From the IMG/VR virus record IMGVR_UViG_3300037466_002980, positions 1-64,000 of that record: DNA of 64,000 bases. One strand, 5' to 3'. Under the pieces are notes generated by a model that did no database searches, was not told the DNA's origin, and saw only the letters and a program-made list of their open reading frames with translations. Shown piece by piece: positions 17,999-27,157 of the stretch. Source of the DNA: a virus. Taxonomy: Duplodnaviria > Heunggongvirae > Uroviricota > Caudoviricetes. Within the stretch, counting starts at the first letter, position 1. Each line of letters starts with the position of its first letter. The position numbers and the translations under genes were made by a program.

Positions 17999-20950
17999 TT
18001 AAATTGCTGAAAAATCAAAAAGAGTCTCTAGATGAGCATGTTCCTTATCAGTTCTGGTTAAGTCCCAATTTAAAACACCCAAGAGATTCTTTACCTTCTG
18101 ATCCACAATACCAGACATCATATCATCACTATCAAATGGAAGTTCAATAAACCAATCCGGTAAATGACTTTCATCAACTGGATATGCAATGCTAGTAAGA
18201 GTATTATCGGTTGTCTGTTTAAGTTTACAAACAATAATTTTCTGACCATCAATAATCTTCATTGAGTGCTGATCTCTATGAATTTCTTTCAATCTATTCC
18301 ATGCCAAACTTGCTCTAACGTGACCTGGCATGGTCACACCACCTGTGGCAGTTCCACTTGCCTTTCTCGAAGCATGTAATTCTTCTTTTTCCCTATAAAA
18401 GGATAGTTTATTAACTGCCCGTGGAGTACCCTGTTGCCATGGTTTCAAACTTTCAAATTTTTCCTTGAAATTTCGAATCTTTTCAATTACGAAATCCTCT
18501 CCCTTGCTTAATAAGGTATCAAGTAAAATTTCTGATAAGAATTCCTGCACAAATTTTGGTGTATCGGCCCTTTTTAAATCCAACCCCATGGCTTTTACTT
18601 TGCCTGGTTTTCCACCAACATCCAATCTAATTCCATCCTTATCATACATTAAACAAGCATAACGCTTCTTAACAATCCAAATACCGGTTTCTGAAATAGT
18701 TTCTCTGGAGCTTGCAATAACACCAGTTGATCTTTTCATTGGTACATTTAATTTCTTATCTAAGAATTCTGGAAATGTTGCTGAAACTGCCTTTGCTAAA
18801 TCATTATATAAATCAATGATACTTTCCTTGGTCCAGACAATTTCTCCTTTAGCAATTTCATCCTTTACAATTGGGTATGCTGAAAAATAACACGAGTCTG
18901 TATCACCATAGATAATAGCCTTACCATAATGATCATATTCTCCGGTAATCATTTCATTGGTCTTAGATGCCATATGTCTTGTAATAGTTCTACCAGTTAA
19001 GGTAGTTGATTGTCCAAGACGTTGATCAAAGAAACGACTTCCTGCATTTAAAAGAGCACCATATGCTGAGTTTAAGTTAATCTTTTTAACCAACTGTCTC
19101 TTATCCCAAAATGGAATAATTTTCTTTTTAAGTGTTTCCTGATCTCTATGAATTGCTTTCCCATCCTTAACCATTAAATTATGTTGGTTCATATATTGAA
19201 CAACACGCTTCTTGTGTCCTTCTTCGATAATTTCCTTTAATTTTTTTGGTTTATAGGATTCAGATTCCAAAAATGGATTAGCCTTAGTTTCTACATCGCT
19301 GATATCTTCATTTGTAAACAATTCTACCGGAACAGAAACACCCTCAATCTTTGGATTATCCTCCACATCTTGATAGTTTGTCATAATTCCCTGGAGGATC
19401 TTACGTTCGCTGTACCATCTAGTTAATAGTGATGGAATAATACCATCCTCGTCTGTTCTAAAAATAGTACCATTGGCACTGATACACCATGGCTGACCAC
19501 TTTCAAAGATTAAATCATATAATTCTTTTCCGGTAACTTCAAATACATTGCCATCTTCCATTTCAAGTGTAAGTTTGGTACCGATATCTTGACTATAAAA
19601 TTCTTCCATTTCAAGAACATTGAATCTATCGTTCCACCATGAAGCAAATGTATATTTGCTTCCGCGTGCTTCCCATTCAGCAATTGCTTGATAAGTTCTA
19701 TCCAGTTTAATCTGTCCAACAATTGTTTCTGGACTCATATTAAGGGCACGAATAACAGATGGATACAATGACTTCATATCAGTTGATGCAATCCATCTAT
19801 GAAATCCTTTCTTCGGAGTTGCAACCCACGCTCCAGCCGCACGCGATGAAGATTCATCCTTGTGCTTCTTATCTGGGCACGCCATATTCTTACTATGTGC
19901 TTCCATTAAGACAGCTTGGTCTGTAACGGCAACCGCACCCATTGTTGTTTGAATTAAAACACAATTGGCATGTGCAATCGAATTGGCCAAATCAATAAAC
20001 TGAAGCTTTCTATCTAACTTATCAAGTAATCTTGTATCCTGTATGTTATATTCTAGAAACTTCTTGAAGTCATCATTATAAAGTTCATCTAATGTTCCAT
20101 CATATGCAACCTTGCTTTCTCCCAATTCAATATCAGAGATAGCATTCAATGCATAACTATGTCTTTCTTCATAGTTATATTTTTTGTAGAGCTGAAGATA
20201 GTCAACGTGTACTCTACCGATTAAATCATATGTTGGTTGTGTCTTTCCACCACGTTCAAATTCTCTCACGCGTGGTTCTTGTTCCCAAAGGCACAATTTT
20301 CTAGCTTCGTGCTTTCCTAAGACTTTCTTGACTCTGTTCACCACATATGGAATATCATATGCCTCACTATTCCATCCACTTAATACATCAGCATCTTCAA
20401 TAACATCCATGAATGCTTGAAGCATTTCTCCTTCTGTTTTGAACAGAACAACATTTCCTACTTCTTCAGCAATAACCTGTGCTTCATCCCAGGTTAATGT
20501 TTCGGGTGGAATAGCTAAACATACAATTTCATTAATCCACTGTAAATGAACAGAAATGGATGTGATATAATTATTGGCATCTGCTGCCTCGGACCATCCT
20601 TCCTCTTTATCAAAACTAGTTTCAATATCAAAGAAGGCAATATTTAATGCCGGAGCGTCTGAGTGTTGATAATTTTGTTCTAAACAACGGAAAATGGGAT
20701 CTACATCAGTTTCCCATTTCTTCACATTGTTTGAAAGTGATTTGATTAGTTTTTGTTTTTCTCCAAATGTCCTTGGAGATACCTTCTTAACATAATCTCC
20801 ATAAATGGATTTATATGTTCCTTTTATGTCGGTGATAAAAAAATGGTAATCGGGTGTAAATTCTCTATAAACACGCTTACCATTTACTCTTTCTACAATT
20901 TTGATTACTTCCTGATCACCGCCACGTTTGAATAGTGCATCGATATAAAT
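17999..20950 (-). CDS. Family B DNA polymerase (gp43-like); probable ATT start
   Basis: ExoI DIET, ExoII WNSEAYD, ExoIII YNIQD, DMKSLYPS, KINLNSAYG, YGDTDS; frame open 75 codons upstream of the ORF-track start. Confidence 0.95.
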   Translation of the reverse strand: MYIDALFKRGGDQEVIKIVERVNGKRVYREFTPDYHFFITDIKGTYKSIYGDYVKKVSPRTFGEKQKLIKSLSNNVKKWETDVDPIFRCLEQNYQHSDAPALNIAFFDIETSFDKEEGWSEAADANNYITSISVHLQWINEIVCLAIPPETLTWDEAQVIAEEVGNVVLFKTEGEMLQAFMDVIEDADVLSGWNSEAYDIPYVVNRVKKVLGKHEARKLCLWEQEPRVREFERGGKTQPTYDLIGRVHVDYLQLYKKYNYEERHSYALNAISDIELGESKVAYDGTLDELYNDDFKKFLEYNIQDTRLLDKLDRKLQFIDLANSIAHANCVLIQTTMGAVAVTDQAVLMEAHSKNMACPDKKHKDESSSRAAGAWVATPKKGFHRWIASTDMKSLYPSVIRALNMSPETIVGQIKLDRTYQAIAEWEARGSKYTFASWWNDRFNVLEMEEFYSQDIGTKLTLEMEDGNVFEVTGKELYDLIFESGQPWCISANGTIFRTDEDGIIPSLLTRWYSERKILQGIMTNYQDVEDNPKIEGVSVPVELFTNEDISDVETKANPFLESESYKPKKLKEIIEEGHKKRVVQYMNQHNLMVKDGKAIHRDQETLKKKIIPFWDKRQLVKKINLNSAYGALLNAGSRFFDQRLGQSTTLTGRTITRHMASKTNEMITGEYDHYGKAIIYGDTDSCYFSAYPIVKDEIAKGEIVWTKESIIDLYNDLAKAVSATFPEFLDKKLNVPMKRSTGVIASSRETISETGIWIVKKRYACLMYDKDGIRLDVGGKPGKVKAMGLDLKRADTPKFVQEFLSEILLDTLLSKGEDFVIEKIRNFKEKFESLKPWQQGTPRAVNKLSFYREKEELHASRKASGTATGGVTMPGHVRASLAWNRLKEIHRDQHSMKIIDGQKIIVCKLKQTTDNTLTSIAYPVDESHLPDWFIELPFDSDDMMSGIVDQKVKNLLGVLNWDLTRTDKEHAHLETLFDFSAI

Positions 20951-20952
20951 AA

Positions 20953-21264
20953 TTATTCTCCTTGATTATATTTCATTTTAAATATTAGTTGATCTTCTTC
21001 CGTTAAGAAATATAAGATTTGTTTTCCTGAAGCTCTATGATAGGATAATAGAGCATTGTGTTGAGCTAGTTTCTTATTTACAACATTCTGTTGCCAATCA
21101 CTTATCATTATACCACGTATATCATCTTCAATAGATGCAATACTGAATCCTTTAAGTCCCGGATTCTTAGAATTAAGTGTTGGCCATAGATCGAATGTTA
21201 AAAGAAAATTTCGTAGATAAGAAGGCATCTTATCGAGCCTTCTCGAAACTCTTATTTGTACCAT
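20953..21264 (-). CDS. Small paralog family member
   Basis: MPSYLRNF...FLTEEDQLIFKMKY. Confidence 0.7.
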   Translation of the reverse strand: MVQIRVSRRLDKMPSYLRNFLLTFDLWPTLNSKNPGLKGFSIASIEDDIRGIMISDWQQNVVNKKLAQHNALLSYHRASGKQILYFLTEEDQLIFKMKYNQGE

Positions 21265-21266
21265 TC

Positions 21267-21518
21267 CTAACCCAATCCACCTGCTTTGTAAAGCTCTTCT
21301 AACTCGTCAAAGTCTTCGCGTTGGTCATTCATTGATCCCTTATGAATGGTTCGGATTAGTTTATTTAGAATTGCTGGTTTGACATCTAATTCTTCGGCAA
21401 TTGATTTAACTGTATCGTTTAATCCAGATTTTAGATCTTCGCATTCCTGAAGGACTTCAACACCATCGGCAATAAGTTGCTTCAACCTTGCAACATTTTC
21501 TGGTGATAATTTTGCCAC
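21267..21518 (-). CDS. T4 DsbA-like dsDNA-binding protein
   Basis: 83 aa helical protein, LKQLIADG...IAEELDVKPAILNKLIR. Confidence 0.6.
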   Translation of the reverse strand: MAKLSPENVARLKQLIADGVEVLQECEDLKSGLNDTVKSIAEELDVKPAILNKLIRTIHKGSMNDQREDFDELEELYKAGGLG

Positions 21519-21560
21519 TATTTTTCTCCTTGAATAACTATAATACTTAGCTAGTATTCA

Positions 21561-21589
21561 AGTATAGTTTCTTAAATCACGAAAGTCAA
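21561..21589 (-). promoter_or_regulatory. sigma70-type early promoter
   Basis: TTGACT-N17-TATACT. Confidence 0.8.
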
Positions 21590-21592
21590 ATT

Positions 21593-22234
21593 TTATGCGT
21601 TCCAGGCAGTAAATCCTACCGGAATTGCACCTGCGAATGCCGATCCGCCACAATTCAATGTGATGGAAACAGGTACTCCAGGTGATCCGAAGAACACATC
21701 GACAGGTGCCAACGCAGTGTTTGGCGTAAACATGAAAGAGGGAGTGGTCCCAGCAGCCGGGTCGCCGCCACCGGCCCATCCATCTGCAACACTGCCCAAC
21801 CATCCTTTTCCTGTAGAGAAATTGATTGCGGCCTTGAACGTATCTCCGGGAATGATGCCGGTTCCGCTAGGAGTGATAAAGGCACCATTGGTTTGTACTC
21901 TGAATACGGAATCGACCAATACCCAGCTTGTGGTGTCGCTTCCACCTTCATTTGTTGTATTCGTAGCATCGAAGGCTTCAGTTCCCACGCCAAACTCGTG
22001 CTGGCCGTCCGAGTAGTATGATGGGCCATAGGTTGGAGTTGCTTCGAAATACCGAAGGCCGGCAGACTGGAAAACCGAACCGACTACCTTGGACCAGTCG
22101 TCGAAGTTTTCTGTGGTAGCCGTGAGGTTGCCGTTCGACAAAGCGACGTGCGGACCGTGGAAGGTTGAGTTCCATGTAATACCAGAACTTGCCTGATTTG
22201 TCGAAATTGAAGCTATAAAAACATTTTGGAACAT
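21593..22234 (-). CDS. SPRY/B30.2-like beta-sandwich protein (putative tail-tip/receptor-binding)
   Basis: LSNGNLT, RYFEA, GDTFKAAINFSTGKGW, NCGG..F...PVGF. Confidence 0.7.
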   Translation of the reverse strand: MFQNVFIASISTNQASSGITWNSTFHGPHVALSNGNLTATTENFDDWSKVVGSVFQSAGLRYFEATPTYGPSYYSDGQHEFGVGTEAFDATNTTNEGGSDTTSWVLVDSVFRVQTNGAFITPSGTGIIPGDTFKAAINFSTGKGWLGSVADGWAGGGDPAAGTTPSFMFTPNTALAPVDVFFGSPGVPVSITLNCGGSAFAGAIPVGFTAWNA

Positions 22235-22245
22235 ATTAATTTACC

Positions 22246-22884
22246 TTATGCATTCCATGCTGTATAACCCGATGGAACCGCATATAAAAAGGAGGAGGCA
22301 CCGAAATTTGCAGTAGCGAAACCGGTAGTAGATGCTCCATCGCCACCAATTGAGGTGATAACATATAGAGGTGTATTTGGAGTAAATGTTGCTATCTCGC
22401 CTGTTTCTGCAGCAGGATCACCCTGCCATCCAACTGATGTTCTAAACCAAAATTTACCTGTATCGAAATCTATTGCAAGTCCTAAGGTTGGAGTTGTGGT
22501 AGCATCAATATCTTCAGTAAGTGCTGTTGGATTACCATTATAAAATAACGATGCTGGTGTACCGGGACCATTTGGCCAGATACCCCACGAGGTTAAACCA
22601 TCTCCGGGCCAACTATTGCCATCGGCTGAATTCCATCCTGATGTTGCTAATCCCAACACAAAACTATAATATCCTGTTACTTCAACATATTTTTTACCTG
22701 TGCTGACAGAAGTGTCTGAACGAGCATTATAATATATGTTGAATTGATTTGTTGATACTGTTAAATTTCCATTAGAAAATACCAATCCGGGAGTCGCTGT
22801 GGCCGGATCCCATGTTGTTGGATTACTCGGTGGTGGTGAATTTGTTCCAGGCTTTAAGGAAGCAATAAAAACATTTTGAAACAT
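22246..22884 (-). CDS. SPRY/B30.2-like protein, paralog of 21593..22234
   Basis: Same MFQNVFIAS start and TAWNA end; FSNGNLT, GKKYVEV, LAIDFDTGKFWF. Confidence 0.7.
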   Translation of the reverse strand: MFQNVFIASLKPGTNSPPPSNPTTWDPATATPGLVFSNGNLTVSTNQFNIYYNARSDTSVSTGKKYVEVTGYYSFVLGLATSGWNSADGNSWPGDGLTSWGIWPNGPGTPASLFYNGNPTALTEDIDATTTPTLGLAIDFDTGKFWFRTSVGWQGDPAAETGEIATFTPNTPLYVITSIGGDGASTTGFATANFGASSFLYAVPSGYTAWNA

Positions 22885-22892
22885 ATCTTTTC

Positions 22893-23204
22893 CTATCTTT
22901 TTTGAAATATTTGCCAAATGTTATTGGTTATAAATCCAATCATCAATGCAACTATAATCCATTGAACCTGAACCGTAGCAAATACTGAAACAAGGATTGC
23001 AATTAATTTTGACAATATCATTCCTGGAAGCACACCAATTTTATCTTGTAAAATTCTCGATATTGGATTAATTTCTACCAATCCTTTTTCTCTTCCAACT
23101 GTGGTTGAGATTATATCTAATACCTGTGTTAATAATATTAAACTAAAAGGCAAAGATGGATGCAAAAATGCTGAAAAAAATATTGCTAGAAATATTTGAA
23201 GCAT
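22893..23204 (-). CDS. Small membrane protein
   Basis: LDIIST...G..EINP, three hydrophobic segments. Confidence 0.65.
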   Translation of the reverse strand: MLQIFLAIFFSAFLHPSLPFSLILLTQVLDIISTTVGREKGLVEINPISRILQDKIGVLPGMILSKLIAILVSVFATVQVQWIIVALMIGFITNNIWQIFQKR

Positions 23205-23213
23205 TCTTATTCC

Positions 23214-23657
23214 TTATGCGCTGGTAGAACCAGAGAGAACATAAGAATCAGTTCCGACATTTAAAATACCAACTGTAGCATATTGTCCGCTTGTTTTAAA
23301 TTGCGAACTGGCGTTATTTAACGTTACACCAGCACCAGCGGCAACAGTAACCTGACCTGCTCCCATTTGGACTATAGCACAACTGAATCCAGTTGGCAAT
23401 CCGGCCGGAATGGTAACTGTGGTTGCTGATCCGGAATTAACAGCAAGTGTTAATCCAAGACTGGAGGCTGATAATGTCTGAGAAGTCGTAATTGGAGATG
23501 CTGCACTAGCTCCAGCAAAGTTTCCACCAGGAGTAGATCCGTCACCAAAACGCAATTGTGTTGTGGTTGGATCATAAAATACACTTCCGGGTTCTCCGAC
23601 ATAAGTAGATGCAGTTGAATTTACATCTTTATAATATAATTTTCTGGTATGAGCCAT
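23214..23657 (-). CDS. Tail fibre-associated structural protein
   Basis: GSVFYDP...LRFGDGSTPGG plus VTIP...QMGAGQVT domain; late box 23687-23694. Confidence 0.7.
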   Translation of the reverse strand: MAHTRKLYYKDVNSTASTYVGEPGSVFYDPTTTQLRFGDGSTPGGNFAGASAASPITTSQTLSASSLGLTLAVNSGSATTVTIPAGLPTGFSCAIVQMGAGQVTVAAGAGVTLNNASSQFKTSGQYATVGILNVGTDSYVLSGSTSA

Positions 23658-23689
23658 GATATTTTCCTTATAATATCTGATATTCGTAT

Positions 23690-24268
23690 TTATCTAAATC
23701 CATAAGCATTTCCGGTAATAGGATCATCGGATCCTTTATAAAAGTGACTATCATATCCATGTATCGGCGAAAATGTTCCTTTCTGTTGGTTGGTGTCTGC
23801 AACCTCTTGACCAAATCGATACATTTGATCTGGCATTACTCTATTAAACCAATCTGCAATTAATGGTCTCACATCTTTTCCAGGATCTGATTCCTCTAAC
23901 GATTTTAGCTGATCATTTAATTCATCATCTTCGATAATTTCAGAAATGTATATCGGAGCAATAATGGCAGGAATTGGTCTTTCCATTATCTTTTTAACAG
24001 TTTCGAAATCCTTATCAGAAAGCGGCAATTTTGTAATTGCTTCATTTAAAGAATGTGGTGGCAATGGAATTAATGTTTTGAGTTCATCGTAATCATCTTT
24101 AAGTTTTGATTTAAGGAAATCTCGACTACGTGAATTGATATTTGGGTTTAAAATTTTATCAGCATACATAGACATTCTTTTTTGCAATGCATCAATTCTT
24201 CTTACTTCGCCGGAAGAAAGGCTCTTGTCTGTAATATTTTTTGGTAATAAAATTTCAATAATTCGCAT
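23690..24268 (-). CDS. Probable internal head protein
   Basis: MRIIEILL start, internal LNEA, leaderless late box 24274-24281. Confidence 0.6.
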   Translation of the reverse strand: MRIIEILLPKNITDKSLSSGEVRRIDALQKRMSMYADKILNPNINSRSRDFLKSKLKDDYDELKTLIPLPPHSLNEAITKLPLSDKDFETVKKIMERPIPAIIAPIYISEIIEDDELNDQLKSLEESDPGKDVRPLIADWFNRVMPDQMYRFGQEVADTNQQKGTFSPIHGYDSHFYKGSDDPITGNAYGFR

Positions 24269-24307
24269 TTAACTATTTATCGCATTTTAGAAAATTTAGT
24301 CAAAAGA

Positions 24308-24330
24308 AAAGGATGCATATAGCATCCTTT
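24308..24330 (-). terminator. Rho-independent terminator
   Basis: aaaggatgc/gcatccttt stem with T-tract. Confidence 0.7.
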
Positions 24331-24348
24331 CTGTTATTAATTTAGAAT

Positions 24349-24714
24349 TTAAAGATTAAATTCTTTATACACACTCTGCGGAATAATATCAATATCGTAC
24401 TCTTTCGCTATTTTAACAATTGCAGGAAGAATAAAAATTGCTCCAGGTAATGCTAAGATAAAACCAAGACGTGCGGTTGTTAATGCAGCCTTCAATTTCT
24501 TATTTGCTAATGCAATTTCATTAACAGTGGCATCTCCTGTCATTGCTTTTTGATAGGTTTCCCACATAACCTTACTATTTTTGTATTCTGTTTCAAATAC
24601 ATTTTTCAATTTATTAAGAAATTCTTTCATTTCGGTTTCACTCTTAGGAAATTTGGTGAAAGAATCGCTAAAATTCTTATAAAATTCAACCGGGTTAAAC
24701 ATTGTTTCAAACAT
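24349..24714 (-). CDS. Helical protein with LETM1-like C-terminal segment; possibly granule-associated
   Basis: LALPGAIFILP...IIPQS; GGAG RBS before MFETMF. Confidence 0.5.
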   Translation of the reverse strand: MFETMFNPVEFYKNFSDSFTKFPKSETEMKEFLNKLKNVFETEYKNSKVMWETYQKAMTGDATVNEIALANKKLKAALTTARLGFILALPGAIFILPAIVKIAKEYDIDIIPQSVYKEFNL

Positions 24715-24779
24715 ATTTTCTCCTTTGTGCTTCTTAGCCACATTTTAAAACTATCTCACCATGAGCATAGTATGATTTG

Positions 24780-24810
24780 ATTATATGCTATAAATTGTTG
24801 CACTGCAACA
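24780..24810 (-). promoter_or_regulatory. sigma70 promoter overlapped by palindromic operator TGTTGC-N3-GCAACA
   Basis: TTGCAG-N17-TATAAT; palindrome 24796-24810. Confidence 0.7.
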
Positions 24811-24818
24811 CAACCAAA

Positions 24819-25115
24819 TTAGGTATTCTTTGGTGGTTTCGGTAATGGAGGATCGTCGTCATCCTCCTCGCTACTATCAGTTCCAGTAGGCTCAGTGCTT
24901 TCTTTAATTTTTACACCAGCTGCTCCGCCTCCTAGAAGGGCACTATAGGCTAGACCAAAACTTTCCATATCAAACTTACCAGATCGATAAATTACCTCGT
25001 ATCCACAAAATCCCAAAAAGGCAAGAATTCCAATGATCCAAAGCCAACGAGCTGGATCATGTGTCTTACCATCTGGTCCGGTAAATACATCATTCAAAAT
25101 TCTCTTAGCTAACAT
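24819..25115 (-). CDS. Two-TM holin-like protein
   Basis: Two TMs, charged tail, late box 25138-25145. Confidence 0.45.
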   Translation of the reverse strand: MLAKRILNDVFTGPDGKTHDPARWLWIIGILAFLGFCGYEVIYRSGKFDMESFGLAYSALLGGGAAGVKIKESTEPTGTDSSEEDDDDPPLPKPPKNT

Positions 25116-25145
25116 AAATTTATCCTCATTATAAGGATATTTATC

Positions 25146-26417
25146 TTATGCATAGAATCCACCGGTGGTACCATCTGCTGTTCCCGCTACTGTTCCCGGG
25201 ATATAATTTGCACCACTACCGAATGTATCAATAAGAGACATTTCGCTAACAGTATAGCGTTTACCAGTTACGGTACCCGTGATTGTATTACCAACAAAGA
25301 AAACAACAGTAGAACCGACGGCCGCATTCACAACTGCATTTCCTACAGTTGGAGTATTGTTAATAGTCAATGAATTAGCTTGGAAATTTATAATACCACC
25401 AGTGTATCCAAAAAGAAAGACATTCCAGGCCGAACCGTGAATTGTGTAATCGGTGTAATCAGCGTCAAATACCACCCCACCGTTTTCTACATTTATAAGA
25501 CTTACGTTTGAATTATTAGCTGTAAAATCCAAATATCCAATATCTGTAATCGAACCAGCATCGCCAAAAAATACCGACCCAAAATTTACTAAATTGGTAC
25601 CATCGAGTTTAAATCCTTTAATAGACCACTGACAACCAATTGCACCATTGTAAATACATTGAAAACCAGGGCTTGCCGGTGCAACAATAACAACATTCGT
25701 TGGTGTAGTGATGTTACCTAGAAGCTTTGCTTTTCCATTGACCAATTGTTTAAATTTAACCGATTCGTTATAAGTTCCATCTGCGACTTGAATTGTTACC
25801 AAATAGTTTTGTAAATCAAGTGTGTCCGAAACCACGTCAATCGCATGTTGAATTGTTGCAAACGGAGTTCCGATAGTTAGACCGTTATTATTATCATTTC
25901 CGGTAGTCGCAACATAATAGGTTGTATCTTGAGTAAGTAATGTTCGGCCGCCGCCTGTTCCATTAGATGCACTTGTAATTCTGCCTTTTGAATCAACTGT
26001 GATTGTTGCGTTTGTATAAGTTCCGGCTGTGACTGCTGTATTCGCTAAAATTGTTGCAAAACTCCCAGTACCCGTGCCGGTGACGTCCCCTGTAAGTGTT
26101 ATGGTCTGATCACCGGTGTTTGTACCGGATAAATTTGAACCTGTAACAGTTCCAGAGGCGGCAACAGAAGTCGGAGTTATATTACCAAGTGATAAATCTA
26201 TTGAAGCGGAAGATGTTGGATTTGTAACAGTTGAAATAATTCCATTATGCGCTGTAATTGCAACGTTGGTTACGGTTCCGCTACCCGGATATATAGCAGA
26301 ATTAATAAATGCTTTCTGTGTAGAATCATATATCAATACCTGACCATTAACTAAATCCTTTATAAGGATTGGCGGTACAAATTGATTAATTATAGAATTA
26401 CTTCCAACTATTGACAT
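25146..26417 (-). CDS. Tail fibre protein
   Basis: G/T-rich; ATITVDSKGRITSA; YYVATTGND...PFATIQHAID..IQVADGTY beta-helix start. Confidence 0.8.
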   Translation of the reverse strand: MSIVGSNSIINQFVPPILIKDLVNGQVLIYDSTQKAFINSAIYPGSGTVTNVAITAHNGIISTVTNPTSSASIDLSLGNITPTSVAASGTVTGSNLSGTNTGDQTITLTGDVTGTGTGSFATILANTAVTAGTYTNATITVDSKGRITSASNGTGGGRTLLTQDTTYYVATTGNDNNNGLTIGTPFATIQHAIDVVSDTLDLQNYLVTIQVADGTYNESVKFKQLVNGKAKLLGNITTPTNVVIVAPASPGFQCIYNGAIGCQWSIKGFKLDGTNLVNFGSVFFGDAGSITDIGYLDFTANNSNVSLINVENGGVVFDADYTDYTIHGSAWNVFLFGYTGGIINFQANSLTINNTPTVGNAVVNAAVGSTVVFFVGNTITGTVTGKRYTVSEMSLIDTFGSGANYIPGTVAGTADGTTGGFYA

Positions 26418-26429
26418 TAAAATATTTCC

Positions 26430-26864
26430 TTATAGGCTTAATAAGACCTTATCAATTTCACCATAGGTCCATGTATCCCATTGTGGATTGACCGGAGTTG
26501 GTTGAATGGAATCTCTATTCAAAACTGCTCTTAGGTATGTGAAATTTCCAATAAAAGAAAATGCCATTGAGCCTGTATCTCCACCATTAGATCCTGTTGG
26601 TGCCAATGGATCAATTGGATAATTGATATAATTATTGACATTATCGTTTGGATTTAATCTAATCCAAAACCAATCTTCTGGTTGTGGATTTAATGCAAGA
26701 GTACCTTGTATTCCAAAGCTTCCTACGAAATTTGAATAGATAATCTGGACTGTATGAAGTCCATCTGTATAACCGTAGAATGCATCAGCACGAATAGAAT
26801 CTCCCACAAGGTTCCAGTTTGTGCCTGTATTGGTCATCATTAAAACTGATTTTCTAAGTGCCAT
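26430..26864 (-). CDS. Virion structural protein (putative)
   Basis: Late box 26885-26892, GAGG RBS, beta-rich, upstream of the fibre gene. Confidence 0.6.
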   Translation of the reverse strand: MALRKSVLMMTNTGTNWNLVGDSIRADAFYGYTDGLHTVQIIYSNFVGSFGIQGTLALNPQPEDWFWIRLNPNDNVNNYINYPIDPLAPTGSNGGDTGSMAFSFIGNFTYLRAVLNRDSIQPTPVNPQWDTWTYGEIDKVLLSL

Positions 26865-26922
26865 TGTATTCCTCTTCTTTTTAGTATTTATCAGAAAAGA
26901 AAACATATTTGACCAAAAGAAA

Positions 26923-26938
26923 AGGTCCCGAAGGACCT
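26923..26938 (-). terminator. Rho-independent terminator after clpA operon
   Basis: aggtcc-TTCG-ggacct followed by T-tract. Confidence 0.8.
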
Positions 26939-26956
26939 CTTTTTATGATGATAATT

Positions 26957-27157
26957 TTAGGTTATCATCTCATGAACATAATCTACAACGATATGATAAG
27001 AATCACCATATGGTTGTCCACGATTTGACCAATAGTTAGAATATTTGTCCCATGCTTCGGTTTCTGAAACTGCTTCAATTATCCTAAGATCGTCAAATGA
27101 ATTTGTCTTACCCTCATAGAGGGTATGATAAACTTTACCCTTTGCAAGATAAATCAT
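26957..27157 (-). CDS. Hypothetical protein
   Basis: Coupled to the clpA stop. Confidence 0.6.
   Translation of the reverse strand: MIYLAKGKVYHTLYEGKTNSFDDLRIIEAVSETEAWDKYSNYWSNRGQPYGDSYHIVVDYVHEMIT

Noticed and set aside
19100-19400. Intein or intron in the DNA polymerase insertion between motifs A and B
   Set aside because: The insertion is short and lacks intein C/S start, HN-C/S/T end and LAGLIDADG motifs; probably a fingers extension
21593-22884. Diversity-generating retroelement acting on the SPRY genes
   Set aside because: No reverse transcriptase in the window and no near-identical TR/VR pair with A-specific mismatches
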